From: an uncultured archaeon
GTDB taxonomy: Archaea > Iainarchaeota > Iainarchaeia > Iainarchaeales > 0-14-0-20-30-16
Assembly: GCA_964480435.1 (NCBI GenBank)
Contig: CAYZSS010000007.1
Span: 485-32,484, forward strand
Length of the DNA stretch: 32,000 nucleotides
Direction of reading: 5' to 3'
Below the pieces are notes generated by a model. It did no database searches. It saw nothing but the letters and a program-made list of their open reading frames with translations, and had not been told where the DNA came from. Numbering within the stretch: position 1 is the first letter of the stretch; every line of letters begins with the position of its first letter. Below, in pieces: positions 19,534 through 27,972 of this stretch. Position numbers and translations under genes: made by a program.

Positions 19534-19929
19534 TTATTTAAGTAATGGCAAGTCACCACAAAATCTTTGTATGTCGCTGTCTTGTCCTATTGCTCCAATG
19601 CCAATTACTTTAACTTCTTCGATTGGCTTTCCTTTTACTCTTTCTATATACTCTTCATAGCTGGTGGTGGATTGGCCTTCTGTGGTAAAAACCATGTATT
19701 TTAAATTAAACTTTTTTGCACGTTTAAGCAATTCTGGCCAAGTTCTATTATGTTGTTTCATAATAAGTATTGGGATTTTTGTTATTGGAATATATTTGAA
19801 AAAATAGCCCTCTATCTCTGGCCCTAACACATCTTCTGCTCCATTAAAAAGACCGGATGCAATGCATGCTGCAGAGTTTGCTAATAATCCGGGCCCTAAA
19901 GTATCGTCTAATATAATCGCTACTTTCAT
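19534..19929 (-). CDS. DUF2000-family protein
   Basis: MKVAIILDDTLGPGLLANSAACIASGL resembles the DUF2000 N-terminus as I recall it. 131 aa. Confidence 0.5.
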   Translation of the reverse strand: MKVAIILDDTLGPGLLANSAACIASGLFNGAEDVLGPEIEGYFFKYIPITKIPILIMKQHNRTWPELLKRAKKFNLKYMVFTTEGQSTTSYEEYIERVKGKPIEEVKVIGIGAIGQDSDIQRFCGDLPLLK

Positions 19930-19992
19930 AATTACCCCTAAAATTAATTATGCATCATACAAATTAAAATAATATGCCTGTAATAACATAAT

Positions 19993-20337
19993 ATGGAAAA
20001 TAAATATGTAACTACTATTAAAGATGCACAAAAGACATTGAAGTACTTTGCAGAAAGAAATGGCTGGAAAGATACTCCTAATATAGATAAATTTGATCAT
20101 CTGCATGAAGAACTAATCGAAATGTCACAACTGCTGAGATACAAAGACGAAGAAGAAAGAATCCAAATAATAAAAGAAAAAAAAGAAGAGTTTGTGGATG
20201 GAATAGGGGATTTGTTCTTTGGAATGTGCAGACTGGCAAATCAATTAGATGTGGATATAGAGGAAGCATTTAATCAAGTAAAAAAAACCATCTTTGAGAG
20301 ATACAATGGTGCAGACTCAGAAAAAACAAAGAAATAA
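19993..20337 (+). CDS. MazG-like nucleotide pyrophosphohydrolase
   Basis: Four-helix MazG pattern: HLHEELIEMSQ (ExxE-type), DGIGDLFF, LDVDIEEAF. Confidence 0.7.
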   Translation: MENKYVTTIKDAQKTLKYFAERNGWKDTPNIDKFDHLHEELIEMSQLLRYKDEEERIQIIKEKKEEFVDGIGDLFFGMCRLANQLDVDIEEAFNQVKKTIFERYNGADSEKTKK

Positions 20338-20430
20338 AACAAAGCAGGGGTAATTTTCTCCCGGTTTTGTTTCCTTACTTGTTATTTTTGTAAAGAATAG
20401 TATTATAAATACCAAATTTTTATTATAAAT

Positions 20431-21690
20431 ATGGTTGGATTATCACCTGTATCTGCTCACATAAAATCCTATGGCACAAAATATCGGACCTTATATGCAA
20501 TGTCCTTTTTGGTTCTGTTTTTTGCATTATTTGATGGGCTCTTGGGTTACTTAGTCCCTTTATTGATAACTAACTCAGGGATTTCTAAAACTATGATGGG
20601 ATTTATTTTGGGTACTTCCTCAATGTTTGGATTTGTTTTTGATATATTACTGTGTAAAGCTATAAAGAAAACTAGTCTAAGAAGGCTTTACATAATTTTA
20701 TTTGTAATTTGTGCAGTATATCCATTAATACTATATCATGCAAGTACAGTGTGGTTATATATTCTTGCGATGGGTGTTTGGGGCCTTTATTATGATCTTT
20801 TCAATATTGGTAGGTATGATTTTGTTGGAAGAAATTTTGATACTTCTGAACATGCACATAGTTTTGGAATTTTGGGTGCTTTTTCGGGATTAGGTTATTT
20901 GTTAGTTCCGTTTTTTGCAGGCTTTTTGATAAGCAAGACAATTAATTTTATTCCATTTATTTGGGCATGGATATTTTTATTTGCTGTAGTTATCTTTTTT
21001 ATTTTTGTATTGGCTTTCCTAAAAAAAGATAAAAAAGCAGTGGTGGAAAAAGAAAAGAAAACAAAACTAAAATTTAGTGAATTATTTATTTGGGAAAGGA
21101 TTGGAAAAGTTATTTATCCTGTTCTTATTTTGACAGTTTTATTGAATGTTATTAATGCTGTTTTTTGGACTGTTGGTCCACTACTTATAGCTAGCTGGAC
21201 AGACTTAGGAGTTTTTAGTTCCTTGTTCCTTGCTGCATATCTTTTCCCTCCTTTGTTTGTTGGCTGGTTTGTAGGGATAATTACAAAAAAATTCGGAACC
21301 AAAAAAACAGGGAATGTGTGTTTATTGATTGGGTCTTTAGCATTGGCGAGTTTCTTTTTAGTACAAAATCATATTGTTATATTGGTTCTTACTTTTATTT
21401 CAGGTTTTTTTATTAGCTTAGCATATCCAGCAAATAATGGTACTTATGCAGATTATATTGAAGAGTCAGAAGTTGTTGCTGCTGAAATAGAATCACAAGC
21501 AGACCTAGCAACAAATTTAGGGTATGTGATTGGACCTATACTGGCAGGATTTTTTGCAGATGTATTAGGAAATGTTGCAGCATTTTCAGTTATTGGATTA
21601 ATAGGTGTGTTTGTAGCAATATTGTTGTTAATTATAACCCCAAGAAAAATAACAATAAAATTAAAAAAGGCAAAACAACTTAAAGCTTAA
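20431..21690 (+). CDS. MFS transporter
   Basis: 419 aa, about 12 TM in a 6+6 layout separated by a basic loop (KKDKKAVVEKEKKTKLK). Confidence 0.75.
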   Translation: MVGLSPVSAHIKSYGTKYRTLYAMSFLVLFFALFDGLLGYLVPLLITNSGISKTMMGFILGTSSMFGFVFDILLCKAIKKTSLRRLYIILFVICAVYPLILYHASTVWLYILAMGVWGLYYDLFNIGRYDFVGRNFDTSEHAHSFGILGAFSGLGYLLVPFFAGFLISKTINFIPFIWAWIFLFAVVIFFIFVLAFLKKDKKAVVEKEKKTKLKFSELFIWERIGKVIYPVLILTVLLNVINAVFWTVGPLLIASWTDLGVFSSLFLAAYLFPPLFVGWFVGIITKKFGTKKTGNVCLLIGSLALASFFLVQNHIVILVLTFISGFFISLAYPANNGTYADYIEESEVVAAEIESQADLATNLGYVIGPILAGFFADVLGNVAAFSVIGLIGVFVAILLLIITPRKITIKLKKAKQLKA

Positions 21691-22153
21691 AAAAGCGTTG
21701 ACAAAAGATGTCCTACCAAATAAGTAATTATCAAAACAACAATCGCAATTAGAACATGTTCTCCAATTAATTTTAAAGGGTTTTCAGTTCTTATTTTTGC
21801 AATAATTATGTTTGCAATAATTAAAATTAATAAGCCCCATGCTACTGCTATTATGGTTGCAAGTCTTAATGGTAATAAAAGGAAAGGAATTAGAAAAGAT
21901 GCAGCAACAATAAGCTTTGAAAAGAAAGTGCTAATTGTTTCCACCCACACTGTTTTTTCTGGAACCTTTTTTCTGACTCTTTCGATATATGTATTCCTAA
22001 AGCATCAGAAAGTGCATCTGCAATTGCAATTGTAATAATTCCAGTGATTATTGCTGCAAAAGAGGCTGTTGCAAAATAAAGGCCGATAATTAATCCAAGT
22101 GTAGTAATAACACCAGATGTTAATCCAAAAAAGAATCCACTATTTAATTTCAT
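21687..22153 (-). pseudogene. VIT1/CCC1 (DUF125) family membrane protein split by a frameshift
   Basis: N-part (22153 down to 21890): MKLNSGFFFGLTSGVITTLGLIIGL...AIADALSDALGIHISKESEKR. C-part in another frame (21950 down to 21687): VWVETISTFFSKLIVAASFLIP.... The junction carries two A6/T6 runs (21953-21958, 21967-21972). Confidence 0.6.
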
Positions 22154-22193
22154 AAAATCAACTATAAACAATAACCCTTGGATATTTATAATA

Positions 22194-22913
22194 TTATTTC
22201 TTTGCAATATTCCAAAGTATGTCAAAGAAGTTTTTATTGCTTTTATAAACATCATCGCTTGTAATTGCTATTGCCATTGGTTGTTCTGTCCAAATAAATG
22301 TCATTGTTTTATTTCCATAAATTAAAACAGTAGAAGGGAAGTCATATTTTTTTGGAAGAAATTTCATACTAATCAATTTTCTGTTATAGCTATTTACGGA
22401 ATCTCTTACCTTTTCATTGTAAATCATACTTACTTTTATTCCCTGCTCTGCTCTTTTTGCATTCCACACTCTTTGGTAAACCGGAAATAATCTAATAAAA
22501 TGTGTTTGAGCTCCATATGCAAAGATTTCTTGTTTTTCTTTTAAAATTTCTTCAAATGCTGTTTTTATTGCTCTTTTGCCTTTGTAAATTGTTGCGAATT
22601 CTTTTGGTTTGCTTGATGAAAATTTATCCATTAATTCAGGAAGAATTGTATCTAAATCTTCTTCTTTTTCTTTAAGGAGATCTTTTAGACGTGTTGGGTT
22701 TACTGGCTCAAAAAATTTCTTTTTATCTTTTCTAATATAAGTTGCTAAGCCTTTATCTACAAGTCTTTCTAAAGCATCATAAACATTGGTTCTGTTTACT
22801 TCACTTTTTTTTGTAATTTCTCCGGCATTAGCAATTCCTAAGCCTAGCAGAGCCAAATATACTTTTGATTCATTCTCGCTTAGACCTAAATCACGAAAAA
22901 TTTTTGTATCCAT
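22194..22913 (-). CDS. TrmB-family transcriptional regulator (paralog 2)
   Basis: wHTH: MDTKIFRDLGLSENESKVYLALLGLGIANAGEITKKSEVNRTNVYDALERLVDKGLA. The C-terminal domain is collinear with paralog 1 (GIK, KFLPK, YGNK, LW..AKK). Confidence 0.8.
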   Translation of the reverse strand: MDTKIFRDLGLSENESKVYLALLGLGIANAGEITKKSEVNRTNVYDALERLVDKGLATYIRKDKKKFFEPVNPTRLKDLLKEKEEDLDTILPELMDKFSSSKPKEFATIYKGKRAIKTAFEEILKEKQEIFAYGAQTHFIRLFPVYQRVWNAKRAEQGIKVSMIYNEKVRDSVNSYNRKLISMKFLPKKYDFPSTVLIYGNKTMTFIWTEQPMAIAITSDDVYKSNKNFFDILWNIAKK

Positions 22914-22942
22914 AAGGAAAATTAGTTACAATATATATTTAA

Positions 22943-22981
22943 TTGTTGTGGTAATTAGTACAACAAAAGCATATGTACTGC
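22943..22981. promoter_or_regulatory. candidate TrmB operator / bidirectional promoter core (copy 2)
   Basis: Perfect inverted repeat TTGTTGT-N10-ACAACAA (22943-22966) overlapping GTACAACAAAAGCATATGTACTGC (22958-22981). Confidence 0.5.
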
Positions 22982-23010
22982 CCTGAATACAAGTATGTTA
23001 TGGTGGTAAT

Positions 23011-24126
23011 ATGAATAAAGTTTTATTATATTCAATAATTTGTTTATTTGCTGTTGTAATTGTGTGTACTATTGGAGTAAATATAAACCCTTACTTTGGG
23101 TTAACCGAGGAACAAAATTTGGAAATTGGAGCAATTATTCCTTTGACAGGTGCATTAGGGGATTTTGGAGAAGAAATACAAAATGGAATTGACTTAGCCG
23201 TAGATGAAATAAACAAAAAAAGTAATATAAAAATAAAAGTGTTTTATGAGGACTCGGTTGGAAACAATACTGGTGCAGTAAATGCTTATAATAAATTAGT
23301 TGGAACAGATGGAATAGAATTGATAATTACTTCTTATGGAGATACAGTATTGTCTGTTGCTCCTTTAGCAGAGCAAGATAAAGTAATTGTTTTCTCTGCG
23401 GGAGGTGGATCTCCTTTGATTAGCTCGGCAGGAGATTATATTTTTAGAAATAATATCCTTGTTCAGGATGAAGCAAAAGTTATTTCCAAATATTTAATTG
23501 ACAATGGAATAAACGAAATTGGTGTGCCAATATTAAATACACAGTCTGGAACAAGTTATTTTGATGGATTCAAAAATGAATATGAAAAAATCGGTGGTAA
23601 AATTGTTGTTGCAGAAAAATTTGTGCCAGATAATATGGAGTATAAAGAATTTCTTTTGAAAATGAAAGAGGCAAAGTTAGAAAACTTGTTTATTATTCAA
23701 TCTGCATCACAAACAATTGCGATGATTAAACAAAGTGAGGAGTTAGGCATGAAATTTAATTATTTTGGTGGCTACACAATAGAAAGACAGGAAGTTCTGA
23801 AAATACCTGAATTAGAGGGGGCCAGATACACCCATTTTTTTGATTTATCTAATAAAAAATCAAAAGAATACAATGATGGCTTCTTGTCTAAATACGGAGA
23901 AATTCCAACGGGAGCATCTGCATTAGGATATGATGTAGTGTATATGTTAAAATTAGCTTATTATAATTGTGGAAAAGTAGATACTGATTGTATAAAAAAA
24001 GAGTTATATAAAATAAAAGATTTTGATGGTGCAAGTGGAATATCTACAATGAATAAAGATGGAGATACTGTAAAAGAAATAATTATGAAAACTATAAAAA
24101 ATGGGGCTTTTGTAAAACTTAAGTAG
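23011..24126 (+). CDS. LivJ-type (Peripla_BP_6) substrate-binding protein with N-terminal TM anchor, no adjacent permease or ATPase
   Basis: IGAIIPLTGALGDFGEEIQNGIDLAVDEINKK is typical of branched-chain amino acid/amide binding proteins. GGTGGT Shine-Dalgarno at 23002-23007. Confidence 0.7.
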   Translation: MNKVLLYSIICLFAVVIVCTIGVNINPYFGLTEEQNLEIGAIIPLTGALGDFGEEIQNGIDLAVDEINKKSNIKIKVFYEDSVGNNTGAVNAYNKLVGTDGIELIITSYGDTVLSVAPLAEQDKVIVFSAGGGSPLISSAGDYIFRNNILVQDEAKVISKYLIDNGINEIGVPILNTQSGTSYFDGFKNEYEKIGGKIVVAEKFVPDNMEYKEFLLKMKEAKLENLFIIQSASQTIAMIKQSEELGMKFNYFGGYTIERQEVLKIPELEGARYTHFFDLSNKKSKEYNDGFLSKYGEIPTGASALGYDVVYMLKLAYYNCGKVDTDCIKKELYKIKDFDGASGISTMNKDGDTVKEIIMKTIKNGAFVKLK

Positions 24127-24157
24127 TTCCTATTCTTTTATTTATTTATTCTATTTA

Positions 24158-24973
24158 ATGTATATTATGTACTTAACTTTGGAAACAGTAAAGGAATATG
24201 AAAAGGCAAAGAAGATTGGTCTTAATAGATTTGAAACTACTTTTGATTTGGGACTCTCAACACAAACTATCTCTATTGCTGATTTTTTGTCCCTATTAAG
24301 CAATTGTCCAAAAATAAGAAATGAAGATATTGTTTTTTATGATGAAAAAAAGAAAGAAGGATTTAAGTTACATATTGCAAATGAAAAGGGCATATTTTCA
24401 TTAAGAAAAGATAAAGAACAGAAACCAATCTTATACATAAACGCAGTAAAAATGAATGTGTTTAAGGATTGGGGTTTAGATACTTATAATGAAAATGTAA
24501 TTAATAATTTAGAAATAAAACCAACTGATTTTGTATTGGAAGTTTGTACTGGTGCAGGATATAAAACAAATATACTTATCGAAAAAGCAGAAAAAGTAAT
24601 TAGTGTTGAAAAAAGTGAAGAAGTTTTGGAATTAATGGAATACAATCCTTATACAAAAGATTTGCAAAAAAAACAGAACTTGGAAATAATCAACGATGAC
24701 GCAGTAAATTTTGTTAAGAAAACAAAAGAAAAATTTGATAAGATTTTACATGATCCTCCTACTTATAAATTTGCTCCTGAATTATATCATGAAAATTTCT
24801 ATAAAGATCTTTACAATATTGCAAAAGATGGTTGTATTTTATTCCACTATACGGGAAACCCAGGTAATAAATTTAGAGGGCATGATTTAGTAAAAGCAAC
24901 AATAGAAAGAGCAATAAGTGTTGGCTGGAAATTAATTAAGAAAGAAGATTTAGGTGCTTATTTTAGAAAGTGA
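24158..24973 (+). CDS. SAM-dependent methyltransferase with DPPT motif (archaeal COG2521-like, tentative)
   Basis: Motif I VLEVCTGAGYKT, motif IV-like ILHDPPTYKF, LFHYTGNPG. An N-terminal ~110 aa extra domain. Confidence 0.65.
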   Translation: MYIMYLTLETVKEYEKAKKIGLNRFETTFDLGLSTQTISIADFLSLLSNCPKIRNEDIVFYDEKKKEGFKLHIANEKGIFSLRKDKEQKPILYINAVKMNVFKDWGLDTYNENVINNLEIKPTDFVLEVCTGAGYKTNILIEKAEKVISVEKSEEVLELMEYNPYTKDLQKKQNLEIINDDAVNFVKKTKEKFDKILHDPPTYKFAPELYHENFYKDLYNIAKDGCILFHYTGNPGNKFRGHDLVKATIERAISVGWKLIKKEDLGAYFRK

Positions 24974-25605
24974 TTTCTGTGGAGTCAAAAATAATTAATT
25001 ATTTAGGTCAATTAAGAATTTATTCTCTTTTGGATCTAGTTTTTTTATTATTGGCAGTAAAAACAACAGCACTTTCTTTTTTTGGAATTATTATTTTACA
25101 TATCGGGTTTTTGCTTTTTCTTGAAGAAAATCACGCTCATAAAAACAGAGTAAAATTTCCGAAATATTTGTGGATTTTATTTTTTATTGTGGGAGCTATA
25201 CTGTACCCAAGTTATTGTGTTGTGGGATATTTAATTTTTAGTTATTTGTATACTAAGAAAAATAAACCTTATTTTGGGGCTTTTGCTTCGGTATTCAGGG
25301 GATTACAGAATTATGTTTTGTTTTCAGGAATACTTGGATTTTTTAATATTTATTCTATTGGAATAGGGTTGTTATTTTTTATTAGAAATGCCCTGGGCGA
25401 CTTTAGGGATATTGTTAAAGATAAAAAAGAAAACACACAGACTTTACCAGTTATTTTGGGATTTAAAAAAGATTACAAATATTTGCATTTGATTTTTTTA
25501 CTAATAACAACAACAATTTGGTGGTATTTTTCAGGAATATATTTTATTTGGTTAATTGTGGGATATATTATTGAAATTGGCACATATTGGCTAACCCCTA
25601 GATAA
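24970..25605 (+). CDS. UbiA-superfamily-like membrane protein (only the second Asp-rich motif is clear)
   Basis: About 7 TM segments. RNALGDFRDIVKDKKENTQTLPVILG (DxxDxxxD ... TLP). The expected first motif region reads LEENHAHKNR. 4-nt overlap with the upstream methyltransferase; GTG start. Confidence 0.45.
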   Translation: MISVESKIINYLGQLRIYSLLDLVFLLLAVKTTALSFFGIIILHIGFLLFLEENHAHKNRVKFPKYLWILFFIVGAILYPSYCVVGYLIFSYLYTKKNKPYFGAFASVFRGLQNYVLFSGILGFFNIYSIGIGLLFFIRNALGDFRDIVKDKKENTQTLPVILGFKKDYKYLHLIFLLITTTIWWYFSGIYFIWLIVGYIIEIGTYWLTPR

Positions 25606-25641
25606 AGAAAAATATATTAACTAATTTGTCTTATTTTTTAT

Positions 25642-26295
25642 ATGGCTCACGAAATTGTATTACTTGATGGTTGTAAAGATTTTGCTCCTGGAAAGGTATT
25701 AGCTGGTGTTTTAGACCACATGGCAAGTATAGTAGGTACTATTCATGCGGATAAAACAGCAGGTCAATTAGATATGGAAGGGTATAATGTTGTTCGTGAT
25801 TTGGTAAGAAGATCATTTGATTCTCATAGAGGGCAAATACAAATTGAAGCACTAGTGGGGGTCTTAGACTATAACTCTTTAGTACAATCTAAACCAAAAG
25901 AAGCGAGATTTATTGTGCTTGTTCCAGAGGATTTGTATGCCCTTAATGGTGGGCACCCAACAAATTGGGTTCATGGTGCGTATTTCTCAAAAACATCAAA
26001 TAGCAAAGATGTAGTAGTAATATCTACTGCGAGATTTTATACTAATGGTAAATTTGATCCTATACATTTTAGACATGTAATGGCTCACGAACTTGGCCAC
26101 ATGTTTGGAGCAACAAAAAAAGGTAGAAGGAATACTTACGAATTATTGGGACCGCACTGTTCTAATGATTGTATAATGAGGCAAGATGTAGATGTGGGGT
26201 CTGGAAAAGATAGAGCCCATGATATGCACAGAAAAGGAACAACTTTTTGTAATGACTGTAGAAGAGAAATGATAAAATTGCATAGGCCAAGGTAA
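25642..26295 (+). CDS. archaemetzincin-like zinc metalloprotease
   Basis: MAHELGHMFG (HExxHxxG) ... HCSNDCIM ... FCNDCRREM, i.e. a catalytic Zn site plus a 4-Cys structural site. Confidence 0.7.
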   Translation: MAHEIVLLDGCKDFAPGKVLAGVLDHMASIVGTIHADKTAGQLDMEGYNVVRDLVRRSFDSHRGQIQIEALVGVLDYNSLVQSKPKEARFIVLVPEDLYALNGGHPTNWVHGAYFSKTSNSKDVVVISTARFYTNGKFDPIHFRHVMAHELGHMFGATKKGRRNTYELLGPHCSNDCIMRQDVDVGSGKDRAHDMHRKGTTFCNDCRREMIKLHRPR

Positions 26296-26300
26296 TAGTT

Positions 26301-26609
26301 ATGAAAAAATATACTACAAATGAGGATGGTTGGTTCTGTGGGTATTGGAATAACTCTCCTTTACAAATAAAGTATTCTGAAAATAGGCCTTTGAAAAATG
26401 AAGATGCACATTGCCATAAGGATTTTGCAGAATATTATCTTGTTTTGGATGGGACCTTGACTTTGGAGATCAACTTAAAGAAAGTGGAATTGAAAAAGCA
26501 GGATCTTGTTATGATCGAAAAGGGGGAAGATCATAGAATAGTTAAAAAGAGTGAATCTTGCTCTTATCTAATAATAAAAGAGAAGTCTTACCCTAATAAT
26601 AAAGAGTAG
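26301..26609 (+). CDS. cupin-domain protein
   Basis: 102 aa. HCHKDFAEYYLVLDGTLTLEI ... MIEKGEDHRI follows the two-motif cupin pattern. Confidence 0.65.
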   Translation: MKKYTTNEDGWFCGYWNNSPLQIKYSENRPLKNEDAHCHKDFAEYYLVLDGTLTLEINLKKVELKKQDLVMIEKGEDHRIVKKSESCSYLIIKEKSYPNNKE

Positions 26610-26652
26610 ATTTATTCAAAAGAAATATATAACCCTTATTATTTATTTATAC

Positions 26653-26769
26653 ATGGGAATAGAACCAAAAGAAGCAGGGAAAGTGGTAGTAAAAAAAAGC
26701 AATATAAAAATTACTCCTGCTGATATTAGGAGACTTGCTGATCTTGCTGAGGAAGCTATAGAAAAGTAG
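26653..26769 (+). CDS. small unannotated ORF (38 aa)
   Basis: MGIEPKEAGKVVVKKSNIKITPADIRRLADLAEEAIEK. The TATA-like AAATATATAA lies ~25 nt upstream of the ATG. Not in the ORF track. Confidence 0.25.
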   Translation: MGIEPKEAGKVVVKKSNIKITPADIRRLADLAEEAIEK

Positions 26770-26826
26770 GGGCTTGATTTTGTTGTTCAACATCTTAATA
26801 TTAGGTTCGCAGCAGAGCATGGAAAC

Positions 26827-27972
26827 ATGTCTGTTAGTAATTTAAATACCTTATTTCCTTTAGTTTTTCCCAAAGCAAGGCTAAGAGAAGGAATAAGTCC
26901 TACTGCTCTTGCTGAAGAATATATTGAAACAAACAGACATTTTAAAGTAGATCGACTTTTTGAAGAAGCTAAAAGGTTAATGGCAGAGAATCCAGGGATA
27001 TCATATAGCGATGTATCTAGCAAAGTAGGTATTCCATATATGACTTTAATGAAAAGATTACAAGACGAGGGTGTTGGAAATCTGTCTAAAGGCGAAAAGG
27101 GTCTAAGGGTGCTAGCTGGTCGTGGAATAGGTTCTGATGGTAAAACCAAGTATAACCAATATATAAGTAGGGATACATTTGAGAAACTTAGGTTAATTGT
27201 TGAAAGAAATGGTAATGATTTGGCTAAGGCAAAACAAGAATGGGCAGTAATAATTAAAAATAGTTTAAGGGCTGAACATCTTTTTAAAGATATTTTTCCA
27301 GGGTATAAAGTAGATAGTATTGGTATTTCTGGTTGTTTAGAGCAATATAGCGCTTGGCTTGATTCAAATCCAGCAAGCCCAAAAAATAGATCTGCTGAAG
27401 AAAGGAAAAGAATTGCAAAATCTAATGAAGAAAACAAAAAGCGCAAGGCTGAGCTAGGTAAAAAATATAAACTACGAAAAAGAGCAAAAGAAATATGTGC
27501 TACATTTTTAGAATCAAGAGTAAAGTTAGATTCTGAAATAAATAACAAAAAATTATTTTTAAAGATTGCAAGGGAAATTTTAAATGGGGGAAATGGGGTC
27601 ATTCTAAGCGAAAAGTATAGAGTTAGCCAAATTGCAATTATCGGGGTTAGAAGAAAAATGCTGAATTATTTTTCTTCTTACAAAAGTAATCCTAAAGGCT
27701 GGCATGATAGGGGCAATTTTTTTGCCTTACTTAGCCTAACTGATTTTTATACTACTTTTAATGATAGCTGGGTTTCTCCTGAGTATAGAGACCATATAAG
27801 GTATAGAGAAGTTGGTAGAGTGGTAAATGAAAATAAACTTGTTATTGACCCTTTATATGAAACTGTTAAAAAAGTAACTGAAAGCTCCTTTAGGCCAGCA
27901 ACCCCTTTGGAATTACAAAGGAAAAAATTTATGGGTGCGTTTAGAACTAGAGCGTTACATAGGCCAAAATAA
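26827..27972 (+). CDS. unrecognised 381-aa protein with two HTH-like segments and a basic coiled-coil linker
   Basis: GISYSDVSSKVGIPYMTLMKRLQDEG and LSEKYRVSQIAIIGVRRKM look like HTH units. KNRSAEERKRIAKSNEENKKRKAELGKKYKLRKRAKE is a basic linker. No catalytic motif recognised. Preferred over the 271-aa antisense ORF. Confidence 0.6.
   Translation: MSVSNLNTLFPLVFPKARLREGISPTALAEEYIETNRHFKVDRLFEEAKRLMAENPGISYSDVSSKVGIPYMTLMKRLQDEGVGNLSKGEKGLRVLAGRGIGSDGKTKYNQYISRDTFEKLRLIVERNGNDLAKAKQEWAVIIKNSLRAEHLFKDIFPGYKVDSIGISGCLEQYSAWLDSNPASPKNRSAEERKRIAKSNEENKKRKAELGKKYKLRKRAKEICATFLESRVKLDSEINNKKLFLKIAREILNGGNGVILSEKYRVSQIAIIGVRRKMLNYFSSYKSNPKGWHDRGNFFALLSLTDFYTTFNDSWVSPEYRDHIRYREVGRVVNENKLVIDPLYETVKKVTESSFRPATPLELQRKKFMGAFRTRALHRPK

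Noticed and set aside
7756-22986. Other short track ORFs overlapping better-supported genes (7756-8022+, 8824-9042-, 9181-9372-, 10077-10268-, 10250-10513-, 11086-11280-, 11349-11558-, 15621-15803+, 15797-16021+, 17776-17997+, 19344-19559-, 20078-20269-, 21114-21302-, 21808-22035+, 22786-22986+)
   Set aside because: Each lies inside, antisense to, or out of frame with a gene that has clear family motifs. None has a convincing motif or ribosome-binding site.
26787-27602. 271-aa ORF on the minus strand
   Set aside because: It lies mostly within the 381-aa plus-strand ORF on the opposite strand (its 3' end, 26787-26826, extends 40 nt beyond that gene's start). Its translation is low-complexity and Ser/Leu/Phe-rich, with no start context or motif. 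The plus-strand product has structured HTH-like and charged segments. Treated as a shadow ORF.
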